From NCBI GenBank assembly GCA_000091165.1, contig FP565575.1, forward strand, positions 2,010,001 to 2,042,000: a stretch of 32,000 nt of DNA, given 5' to 3'. Every line of letters starts with the position of its first letter. The stretch's first letter is position 1. Below the pieces are notes generated by a model. It saw nothing but the letters and a program-made list of their open reading frames with translations. It made no database searches and was not told the DNA's origin. The position numbers and the translations under genes are program-made. Shown here one piece after another: positions 8,288-16,294 of the stretch. Source of the stretch: Candidatus Methylomirabilis oxygeniifera. Lineage in GTDB: Bacteria > Methylomirabilota > Methylomirabilia > Methylomirabilales > Methylomirabilaceae.

Positions 8288-9316
8288 ATGTGGATGCAGC
8301 GCGCCAAGGACCGAGCGTTGGAACCAGGGACCATTGTACTGACAGGTTGTGCGGGCTTCATCGGCTGCAAGGTCGCCGAGCTGCTCCTCCATGCCGGTCA
8401 CCTCGTTATCGGGATCGATAATCTCAACGACGCCTACGACGTCCGGCTCAAACAATGGCGTCTTGAGCAGATCCTCCACCATCCCGGCTTTCAGTTCCAC
8501 CAGCTCGACATCAGCAATCGCGCCGCTCTAAGCGCGCTCTTTGAGAGCGCATGCGGAACTCCGGGTAACCGTCCGTCGGCAATCATCAACCTGGCGGCCA
8601 GAGCCGGCGTGCGCCAGTCTGTTGAAGACCCCTGGGTGTACTTCGACACCAACGTCACCGGGACGCTGAACCTGTTGGACCTTTGCCGGACACTCAGCAT
8701 CAATAAGTTTATCCTCGCCTCTACCTCCAGTCTGTACGGTCAGGGCAATGCAATGCCCTACCGGGAAGATGCGAATACCGACGCCCCCCTTTCGCCATAC
8801 GCCGCTTCCAAAAAAGCGGCTGAAGCCTTCTGCTATACCTATCACTATCTGTATGGGATCGATGTCACAGTGTTTCGGTACTTCACCGTGTACGGTCCCG
8901 CCGGGCGACCCGATATGAGTCTCTTTCGCTTTGTACAGTGGATCAGCGAAGAACGCCCGGTGATGTTGTATGGCGACGGCCGACAATCCCGCGACTTCAC
9001 GTTTGTGGACGATATCGCGAGAGGGACGATCGCCGGACTTACGCCCCTCGGGTTTGAGATCATCAACTTAGGCTCCGACACACCTATTGTGCTGATGGAT
9101 GCGGTCCGACTCGTGGAGGCATTGGTCGGGAAGAGGGCTGAGATCGTCCACGCATCCCGTCATCCGGCCGACGTGCAGGCGACGTGGGCGGAGATCAGCA
9201 AGGCCAAACGATTGCTGGACTGGCAGCCGCAATCGACATTTCAGGACGGCGTCGGCGCACTGGTGCGATGGTATCAGACCAACCGCGAGTGGGCGAGGCA
9301 TGTATCAACAGGGTAA
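8288..9316 (+). CDS. NAD-dependent sugar-nucleotide epimerase/dehydratase (extended SDR; UDP-glucuronate 4-epimerase-like)
   Basis: The start is trimmed to the ATG at 8288 (8294 is an alternative), because the longer ORF would overlap the tRNA. Rossmann motif TGCAGFIGCKV. Catalytic motif YAASKKAAE. The family block is FRYFTVYGPAGRPDMSLFRF. Confidence 0.8.
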   Translation: MWMQRAKDRALEPGTIVLTGCAGFIGCKVAELLLHAGHLVIGIDNLNDAYDVRLKQWRLEQILHHPGFQFHQLDISNRAALSALFESACGTPGNRPSAIINLAARAGVRQSVEDPWVYFDTNVTGTLNLLDLCRTLSINKFILASTSSLYGQGNAMPYREDANTDAPLSPYAASKKAAEAFCYTYHYLYGIDVTVFRYFTVYGPAGRPDMSLFRFVQWISEERPVMLYGDGRQSRDFTFVDDIARGTIAGLTPLGFEIINLGSDTPIVLMDAVRLVEALVGKRAEIVHASRHPADVQATWAEISKAKRLLDWQPQSTFQDGVGALVRWYQTNREWARHVSTG

Positions 9317-11555
9317 CGTCCGCCTGGTACCGTGGTCGGACCGCCTGCTCTCATGGACGCTGACACTCCTTCTCCTGTTTACACCACTCGCCTTTGGTAC
9401 CGTTGAGGTCTGGTCGATCGCGGTAGCCGAACTGCTGGTCCTCTTCATGGGAGCCATCTGGTTTGCCCAGATGATCCGGGACGGACGAATCCAGATCGAC
9501 CGGACACCGTTTACCGTCCTGATCCTCTCCTTCCTGGCGCTGATGCTCTTTCAGATGCTTCCGCTGCCCATGAACACGATCAAGCTGCTTTCACCTGCGG
9601 CGTACTCAGTCTACAGCGCTGCGGCGTCGGCCCTCAACCTCCAGGCAGAGTGGCGAACTGTCTCGCTCGATCCTATTGCCACCCGCGAGGAGCTGCTGAG
9701 GATTCTGACCTATGCCGTGCTGTTCTGGATCTTGCTCAACCGCTTTCGAGAGCGGGAGCAGGTCGAGAGGGTGATCGTCACCATCATCGGCGTCGGATTT
9801 TTCCTGGCGGTATTCGCGATCATTCACAAGTATTCGTCTAACGGCAAACTCTACTGGATCCGCGAAACTGCACAAGGCGGTGAACCGTTCGGTCCCTATG
9901 TCAACCGCAATCACTTCGCCGGCTATATGGAGATCGCCCTCCCATTGACCATCGGCTACATTCTGGCTCAGTCGCCGTTGCGCGCCGCTCGACTTGCCAT
10001 GAGGGAACGTCTTCTCTTGTGGACATCCCAATCTACCAGCAAGTCGATACTCCTGCTGTTCGCCGCAATCTTTATGGGCGCGGCGCTGATCCTAACCGGT
10101 TCGCGCGGCGGTCTCGTCAGTTTCGCAGGCTCTATGGTTTTTTTCGTCATGATGGCGATCATGAAACGGACCGCGCGTTCGCAGGCGGTACGATTGGCGT
10201 TAGCTTGCTGCGGCCTCACCCTGATCGCCGCGATCTGGATCGGTGGAAACAGCGCATTCCTGTCGCTGGAGCGGCTCGAGAAGACGCTCCAGGAGCCGTC
10301 CACAGAAGAACGAGCCGTCCTCTGGCGGGATACCTGGCGCATGGCGAGCGATTACGCGCGTCTTGGCTCAGGGTTCAACACCTTCGAGGGGGTGTTCCCG
10401 GCATACAAGACATCTACCGCCCAGATGATCTTTCAGTATGCCCACAACGACTACCTGCAACTATTGGCTGAGGGCGGCATCGTGGCCTTCGGTCTTGTGA
10501 TGTGGCTCATCGTCGTGTGGTATCGTAAGGTGACCGCCAGGTGGTTCACGCGGCACGATCCGTTTGCAGCGTACCTGACGTTAGCCGGGATGACCGCAGT
10601 GTGTGCCATGCTCATTCACAGCCTAACCGATTTCAACCTGCACATCCCGGCGAATGCCATCGCTATGGTCACCGTGCTGTCCATCACCCTCAACACAGCG
10701 CTTGTCGCCGCGTCAGGACAAAGCGTTACGCATCAGTCGGCGCACGACTCCGACAGTCCCATCCACCACCCCCTTTTCCCTTCTGCCGGGCGCTCTCCAG
10801 GCGCAGCGGATGTTCGGGGGGAGAATGGAACGAAGGATCATGCCAATAATGGAAGTCACGCCTATCTACATGCAGATACGCACGGACAGGCAGACGTTCA
10901 TGAGCGTATCGATAAGACGGAAAGCGGCGGTATGCGTGAGGACAGAATCAACGGAATCATCGCCAGGCTGGCCCAGCCTGAGCCGCTTCCTGATCTTTCC
11001 GCCTTGTGTCCCGACCGACGGGAGCTGATCGGCATCCTCCTGGAGATTCGGAGGGGCTTGCGGTCCTCGTATTACGTCGAACTCCGTGCGACGGCTGAGC
11101 GCCAACATCTCGATGTTCGTCACCTAGTTCAGAAGGCTGAGACACTGCTCGTGTCGATACACCTCGCGTCACGGACGGACTATTACGCGATTCTTGAGGT
11201 GGACCAGAACGCCTCCGCCGAGACGGTTCATGAGAAATGGCTCGAAAAGATGCGGGTGTATCACCCCGATAATTATGAGGACCCGACGGGATGGATTGCC
11301 GAGCAGAGCTGGCGTCTTAATGAAGCGTATGCAGTCCTTAAGGATCCGGAGAAGCGACGAGAGTATGACACCAGACGAAAAGCGCGGATGAAAGGCGGAC
11401 TTAGGGCAGCGGGGGCTACAGATCTCATCGCTCCCGATCACCGTCTCGATGCTGTCTCGGCGGTACACCTTCGCCAGAAATTGATACCGGCTATAATCAT
11501 CGCAGCGATTGCCATCGCGAGCCTCATCGTCACGTTGCTGCTCTGGTCGTTATGA
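9300..11555 (+). CDS. O-antigen ligase/polymerase-like (Wzy_C) polytopic membrane protein fused to a C-terminal J-domain and a terminal TM helix
   Basis: The ATG at 9300 overlaps the epimerase stop by 17 nt. There are multiple TM helices, and the Wzy_C motif is YAHNDYLQLLAEGGIVAFG. A His-rich linker follows. The J-domain is DYYAILEVDQNASAETVHEKWLEKMRVYHPDN...AYAVLKDPEKRREYD (nt 11178-11369), with HPD present. The C-terminal TM helix is IPAIIIAAIAIASLIVTLLLW. Confidence 0.7.
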   Translation: MYQQGNVRLVPWSDRLLSWTLTLLLLFTPLAFGTVEVWSIAVAELLVLFMGAIWFAQMIRDGRIQIDRTPFTVLILSFLALMLFQMLPLPMNTIKLLSPAAYSVYSAAASALNLQAEWRTVSLDPIATREELLRILTYAVLFWILLNRFREREQVERVIVTIIGVGFFLAVFAIIHKYSSNGKLYWIRETAQGGEPFGPYVNRNHFAGYMEIALPLTIGYILAQSPLRAARLAMRERLLLWTSQSTSKSILLLFAAIFMGAALILTGSRGGLVSFAGSMVFFVMMAIMKRTARSQAVRLALACCGLTLIAAIWIGGNSAFLSLERLEKTLQEPSTEERAVLWRDTWRMASDYARLGSGFNTFEGVFPAYKTSTAQMIFQYAHNDYLQLLAEGGIVAFGLVMWLIVVWYRKVTARWFTRHDPFAAYLTLAGMTAVCAMLIHSLTDFNLHIPANAIAMVTVLSITLNTALVAASGQSVTHQSAHDSDSPIHHPLFPSAGRSPGAADVRGENGTKDHANNGSHAYLHADTHGQADVHERIDKTESGGMREDRINGIIARLAQPEPLPDLSALCPDRRELIGILLEIRRGLRSSYYVELRATAERQHLDVRHLVQKAETLLVSIHLASRTDYYAILEVDQNASAETVHEKWLEKMRVYHPDNYEDPTGWIAEQSWRLNEAYAVLKDPEKRREYDTRRKARMKGGLRAAGATDLIAPDHRLDAVSAVHLRQKLIPAIIIAAIAIASLIVTLLLWSL

Positions 11556-12097
11556 TTCGTTGGGCTATCTGCCGAAACCAACCAGTAAAGCCTTACCACG
11601 GCCGGTTGGCCCTCATGGCGCCACAGAGGACTCCCACTTTGTAAGGCAGTCAAGGTGTAAGCGACAGGACGGAGTCACCGTGGGAAGTACGACGACTAGG
11701 ATATGCTGACCCGCGTGTTCTGTAGGCGATCGAGCCGGCGAAGGAGCGCTGGGCCGATTATCGCCGCGGATCATGCTATCCTGCGCGATCTGGTCAACGC
11801 CACTGTCGGGTCTGAAGAATTGGCCGCCGAGCTGTATCCCCACACGGTCTGCGACGCATGGCTAGGGTATGGGCTGCGCATGATACGCAAGCGATGGTCG
11901 GGCCAGTAGCGTACCATACCGCGCGGGTTTGGCGCCTGGACCCACTGCGCGACCCAATATCAGGTTATGCGGCAAGGCGGAACTTGACAGAGGGGGCTCA
12001 GCGATGGATAGTGAGCCAGAATTTGCGGTTTTCGGTAAGCAGGTGTGGACGTGCTATCTGGCTGTCCATATACCTGTTAGTTGGAGAGTAGTCACCA

Positions 12098-12802
12098 ATG
12101 GAAGCAACAACTTTTTTGAACGCTGCTGATATGGCGCAGACACGTACTCCCATGGAGTTCGTGGCCTACGTGGAGCAAAAGAGCGATGAACTGAGCTCGA
12201 CTGTGGAGGCAAAAGCTTTTGCGAGATCTGGAGCCCCGCTCGCAAAGAAATTCTTCGATGAGCTGTGGCCGCTTGCCCGGTTCGTCGACCGCGAATACAG
12301 CGGGCGTAATGACGTTTTTATTCGACCACATCTCGGCAATGAGAACTTCGACGCCCACGTAACAGTGGGGAACGACCGTATCCGACAGGATATTGTTCTT
12401 GAAGTCACCTACGCAAAAGATGGTTACGACTTATCGCTTCGAATGGAAGTGGGGGCGAGTGAAAGACTCGTATTTCTATCTGGCCCTGTGACGGTTTCTG
12501 GACGCAAGGGTTCGCCTAACCGCCGTGTCAAGGTCATGCCGCTTTGTGAAGATGTTGATGATCGTGTCAAAAAGTATTTCCCCCTTGTTGAAGAGAGGCT
12601 TCGAGCCAAGTCGGGGAAACAATATGGAAACAAACATATACTTGTTGTAGCCGTAGACGACTATCTTGCGCTAGCCCAAGACTCGTATTGGCCGCACTTC
12701 AGAGTATTTGTGACTGAACTGCTACCGAAGCTTGCACTAGACTTCCCGCGCATAGTATTCGTTGGCATAGCGGGAAGGTTTTTCCTTTCTGTGAATCGCT
12801 AA
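12098..12802 (+). CDS. Hypothetical protein in a lower-GC region
   Basis: 234-aa ORF with non-repetitive composition and codon usage visibly less GC-biased than its neighbours. I recognise no family motif. Confidence 0.45.
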   Translation: MEATTFLNAADMAQTRTPMEFVAYVEQKSDELSSTVEAKAFARSGAPLAKKFFDELWPLARFVDREYSGRNDVFIRPHLGNENFDAHVTVGNDRIRQDIVLEVTYAKDGYDLSLRMEVGASERLVFLSGPVTVSGRKGSPNRRVKVMPLCEDVDDRVKKYFPLVEERLRAKSGKQYGNKHILVVAVDDYLALAQDSYWPHFRVFVTELLPKLALDFPRIVFVGIAGRFFLSVNR

Positions 12803-13032
12803 ACTGGAGATCGGTGAAGACGGTGACCGGCCGGCATCAACCGAGCTACTTCTCGCGAGTGTTGGTTCGTGAGCGGTTCACGCACACGGCGTTATTCGGC
12901 TACTATCTGGCCGACCTCTTCGAGGTGCTCGTCTCTCGGAAGTTGCTCATCAAATGGATGGGCGGAGTCCGGCCGGCGCACAGGGCATCCTGCTCACGTG
13001 GCTGGCGGGCCTGCTGATGCCTAGCGGGCCGT

Positions 13033-13362
13033 ATGTCATCTTCCCTGTGGGGACGCCTCGCTCTTCGAAGAAAGGATAGGGGCAGCCATGAACATCTGTT
13101 GAGGCGTCTGAGTGCGGGATCCGCCTACTTTGGTGAAGGTGGGATGAACAGAACCGTATACCCCTCTGGGATCGGCGACTACATCATCGTTCACGAACTC
13201 CTGCATTTCTCCGTCCCGAATCATGGCAAGCTTTGGAGAAGCCTCATGCGGGCGCATCTGGGGAACTACGAGAAGCAGGAAGAAGCATTAAGCAAGGTAG
13301 CGCATAACGTGCGCTTGGAGCGAACCGTATTGATAAGAAAGATTTGCAGAAATGATACTTAA
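13033..13362 (+). pseudogene. C-terminal fragment of a DUF45/YgjP-like (M48-type, HExxH) metallopeptidase gene
   Basis: GDYIIVHELLHFSVPNHGKLWRSLMRAHLGNYEKQEEAL matches the family C-terminal block (IDYVVVHEL.HL...NHS..FW.LV....PDY). The roughly 120-aa N-terminal half typical of the family is absent. Confidence 0.45.
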
Positions 13363-14222
13363 CGCGCCCCTGCCTGCCCTGTGAGCAGGGCTGTATAGCC
13401 CTCGCGGAAGGTCGGATAGTGGAAGGTGTAGCCGGAGGTGACGAGCTTGGCGTTGCGACAACGCTTGTTGGCGGGATGCCGGGCCGTACGAGTCTTCGAA
13501 GATTCACCAGGCCGAGTCGGCGACACGCCCAACGCGTCAGCCAGCCAATCAAGGAGAACGGCCAGAGTGGTCGGCTCATGATCGACTCCAACGTAGACGG
13601 GGTCCGGGCGCGGGAGCGTCATCAGATGGCGCAGGGCCCCCGCGGCATCATCCCGGTGAATACGGTTGAAATAGACGGGCGACTCATTATCCCATGCGAT
13701 CTCACCTCGACGCACCTGTTCGATCAGCGAGGCGCGACCTGGACCGTAGAGACCGCCCAAGCGTAATACGGTAGCGGGAAATGGACCATCCAGCAGCAGC
13801 CGCTCGCCTTCGAGGAGACGAATTCCACCAAACTCCCTGGGTTCGGTAGGGGAAGTCTCATCCACCCAGGCGCCGGACGACTCCCCATATACCCCCGTAC
13901 TCGATGTCAGGAAGACGCGCCGGGGATGCGCCTGCTGCACCGTGAGTGCGTGAAGCAGGTTGTTGAGCCCGTCCACATAGACGGACCGATAGGCCGTATC
14001 GTCATGGGTATCTGGGGCGGCCGAGTAGACCACCCAATCTATCGCCGGCGGCAGTGTCTGAAGTGTATCGGGTGAGGTCAGGTCGGCTGCCCATGGGCGA
14101 ATCTCAGACGGCAGCGTCGCGGGGTCGCGACGCAGCCCCCAAACGGTCTGCCCCTCAGCCGCAAGCAAAGAGCCCAGTGCCGTTCCAATATACCCGCAGC
14201 CGGCTATAAGAATATTCGCCAT
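13359..14222 (-). CDS. NAD(P)-binding SDR/epimerase-family oxidoreductase
   Basis: 287 aa. The N-terminal Rossmann motif is MANILIAGCGYIGTALGSLL. The overall pattern is that of an atypical SDR/NmrA-like epimerase. Confidence 0.7.
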   Translation of the reverse strand: MANILIAGCGYIGTALGSLLAAEGQTVWGLRRDPATLPSEIRPWAADLTSPDTLQTLPPAIDWVVYSAAPDTHDDTAYRSVYVDGLNNLLHALTVQQAHPRRVFLTSSTGVYGESSGAWVDETSPTEPREFGGIRLLEGERLLLDGPFPATVLRLGGLYGPGRASLIEQVRRGEIAWDNESPVYFNRIHRDDAAGALRHLMTLPRPDPVYVGVDHEPTTLAVLLDWLADALGVSPTRPGESSKTRTARHPANKRCRNAKLVTSGYTFHYPTFREGYTALLTGQAGAR

Positions 14223-14241
14223 GTTCAGAAAATCAACCTAT

Positions 14242-14452
14242 CGGCTTTCAGCGTTTAGCTGTCAGCTTATTAACTATCTCAAAATAATAGTTTCAAATTA
14301 TCGAACAAACCCTCCTCACCTCCCTTTGCCAAAGGGAGGGTTAACCCCTCCTTGGAAAAGAGGGGCGAGGGGAGATTTTCTCAATCGATGTTCATTCAAT
14401 TATGAGACCATTAATAGGATGATCACGCTGAATGCTGAAAACTGAGCGCTAG
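14242..14452. repeat. Composite intergenic repeat: inverted heptad arrays flanking two CCCTTT...AAAGGG hairpins
   Basis: Left arm cggctttcagcgtttagctgtcagct (14242-14267). Right arm cgctgaatgctgaaaactgagcgctag (14426-14452). Internal hairpin cctccctttgccaaagggagg (14319-14339) has a 9-bp stem; cccctc...gagggg lies at 14345-14365. Confidence 0.7.
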
Positions 14453-15357
14453 GACCCCAAAAGGTGCCGAAGCGCGCCTTCGAGATCAGGGCAGCGAAAC
14501 TCATATCCTGTGGTCAGCAGCCGAGTGGGCTGGACGCGCTGACTGGCCAACAGGACTTCGTCGGCCATCTCACCAAACGCCAGATGTGCGGCGGCGGCAG
14601 GCACCGGAAACAGAGTGAACCGGCCGAGAACCCGTCCCAATGCCCGCGTGAATTCCCGGTTGGTGACCGGATTCGGCGTGACCGTATTCACCGGACCCTG
14701 GAGCGCCTCAATCGTCAGTACGTGCGCAATGACACCTAGGAGGTCGTCCAAGGCGATCCAACTTATATATTGGTTCCCCGTCCCCAGTACCCCGCCGAGG
14801 CCCATCCTGAATGGCGGAAGCAGTTTCGCCAATGCCCCACCTGCTTCACTGGCCACCATCCCGAATCGGAGGTGAACGACGCGGATCCCTTTTTGGACAG
14901 CAGGCTCGGCCGCTGCCTCCCATTCGCGACAGACTCCAGCGAGGAAACCCGTTCCTGGGGTGCTTTCCTCCGTAAGGAGTTCATCGCCACGATCGCCGTA
15001 GTAGCCGGTAGCGGAGGCGCACACCAACACCTTTGGCGGTTGCTTCAGTCCTGCCAGCGCGTCGCAGAGCAACCTGGTGCCGTCTACCCGGCTGCTACGA
15101 ATCATCGCTTTCTTCTCAGCCGTCCACCTTCCGGTCGCGATGTTTTCTCCCGCAAGGTGGACGACCCCATCCAGGCCCTCCAGTCGAGCGACATCGATAA
15201 GTCCTGTCTCCGGGCTCCACTGGATCTCGTCTTTCCCTTGCCGCGGCGAGGTCCGCACCAGGCACGCGACACGATACCCGCCGGCTGCCAGGAACGGAAC
15301 GAGTGCCGACCCCACGAACCCGGTCGACCCTGTGACAAGGATGCGCAACGGTGTCAT
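14449..15357 (-). CDS. YfcH/SDR39U1-type epimerase-family protein (TIGR01777; NAD-binding domain plus DUF1731)
   Basis: 302 aa. ILVTGSTGFVGSALVPFL...VVHLAGENIATGRWTAEKKAMIRSSRVDGTRLL is characteristic of this family. Confidence 0.8.
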   Translation of the reverse strand: MTPLRILVTGSTGFVGSALVPFLAAGGYRVACLVRTSPRQGKDEIQWSPETGLIDVARLEGLDGVVHLAGENIATGRWTAEKKAMIRSSRVDGTRLLCDALAGLKQPPKVLVCASATGYYGDRGDELLTEESTPGTGFLAGVCREWEAAAEPAVQKGIRVVHLRFGMVASEAGGALAKLLPPFRMGLGGVLGTGNQYISWIALDDLLGVIAHVLTIEALQGPVNTVTPNPVTNREFTRALGRVLGRFTLFPVPAAAAHLAFGEMADEVLLASQRVQPTRLLTTGYEFRCPDLEGALRHLLGS

Positions 15358-15364
15358 AAGATAT

Positions 15365-15440
15365 GCTGTGAGCTTTCAGCGATCAGCGGCCAGCAAGTAA
15401 CCGCTTATGACCGACTGCTGATAGCTAATCACTGCCTGCT
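15365..15440. repeat. Intergenic inverted heptad-array repeat (TCAGCNN units, then GCTGANN units)
   Basis: gctgtgagctttcagcgatcagcggccagc ... gaccgactgctgatagctaatcactgcctgc. The two arms are imperfect reverse complements. Confidence 0.55.
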
Positions 15441-15445
15441 ATTGG

Positions 15446-16054
15446 TTAGGCCCCCGTGACGGGATCCCTGAGACTGAGCAAGAAGCCCATCGCAAAATAC
15501 TGCGCAACCCAGCCGATCACGCAGGCTCCCACCGCCCTCATCGTTGTCGTATAGCCGAGCGTCCTGCGCACGGCAACAACCATCGCTCCGAGCATCCAGA
15601 CCGATGCCAATCCGACGACAAAACCGCCAAGGCTGGGGATGACGCGTACCTCATAGGTTCCAAGATAGAAGGCACGATCCTGAAGTCCAAAAGCAATACC
15701 ACCGAGCCATGGGATAACACCCAACAGCCTGATGATTCCCGGGGCGCTGGCAAAACTGATCAGCCGCACTACCCCGCCCACGTCGGTTCTGGTCTGCGGC
15801 TCCTGGAGCAATCGCGTGCCCACCACGCAGGTAAACAACGCCCAGATATACCACTCCAGCATCGCCTGTAATGTTTTGAGAAAGAAGTCTCCGATCCCGG
15901 TCTGAAGGATGACACCGATCCCGGCCGCGATAGCCGACAGGATCACTACGAGCGCGGCTTGCATCGGCGCTCGCCGATCGCCCTGAATCTCCTCATAGAG
16001 ACTTTCATCCAGTCTGGCAGCCCGAATCATCCGCTCACCCAGCCCCTTAATCAC
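15446..16054 (-). CDS. Yip1-domain integral membrane protein
   Basis: 202 aa. The N-terminus RLDESLYEEIQGDRRAPMQAALVVILSAIAAGIG is followed by 4-5 TM helices, the usual Yip1-family layout. Confidence 0.65.
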   Translation of the reverse strand: MIKGLGERMIRAARLDESLYEEIQGDRRAPMQAALVVILSAIAAGIGVILQTGIGDFFLKTLQAMLEWYIWALFTCVVGTRLLQEPQTRTDVGGVVRLISFASAPGIIRLLGVIPWLGGIAFGLQDRAFYLGTYEVRVIPSLGGFVVGLASVWMLGAMVVAVRRTLGYTTTMRAVGACVIGWVAQYFAMGFLLSLRDPVTGA

Positions 16055-16091
16055 CGTTCCTCCTTCGCACCGTTACACGTTTTTAGAAAAT

Positions 16092-16184
16092 AGCGTTCAG
16101 CAATCAGCGCTCAGCCGTCAGCCCCGGATAAGGTAGAAGATGTCTCAGAAACAGCTGACCGCTGAACGCTGACTGCTGACCGCT
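16092..16184. repeat. Long imperfect hairpin built from heptad arrays
   Basis: The arm gcgttcagcaatcagcgctcagccgtcagc (left arm, 16092-16123) matches the reverse complement of gctgaccgctgaacgctgactgctgaccgc (right arm, 16152-16184) at about 26 of 30 positions. The loop is about 28 nt. The element lies between the PEP-utilising gene stop and the Yip1 gene start. Confidence 0.7.
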
Positions 16185-16294
16185 TTTACCATCAAAGCTA
16201 TGGTATCTGACTCTGGGTGTCAACTGTTTTCAGGAGGCAGGGAGGCGTTCGCGGGTGGGCTACAGTGAGGAACAAAAGGGTGCAGCTTCAGGAT

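Noticed and set aside
9099-9299. N-terminal 67-aa extension of the O-antigen-ligase-like ORF
   Set aside because: It overlaps the epimerase coding region out of frame and is extremely Arg-rich. The ATG at 9300 gives a typical membrane-protein N-terminus.
12814-13017. A 67-aa ORF between the hypothetical gene and the DUF45 fragment
   Set aside because: It has no motif, poor start context and an Arg/Cys-rich tail. It is most likely non-coding or a decayed remnant within the degraded islet.
8177-13362. A genomic island integrated at tRNA-Leu
   Set aside because: I found no integrase gene and no direct repeat of the tRNA 3' end by eye. The genes immediately downstream (epimerase, ligase-like) have host-like GC. 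Only the 11.6-13.4 kb part looks foreign, and that is reported separately.
14221-14445. ORFs 14221-14445 (74 aa) and 19805-20056 (83 aa) as possible small proteins
   Set aside because: Their sequence is the read-through of the palindromic CCCCTTT...AAAGGGG hairpins and heptad repeats (PLPKGG..., PFRKGGLGEF). The repeated DNA structure explains them better than coding potential does.
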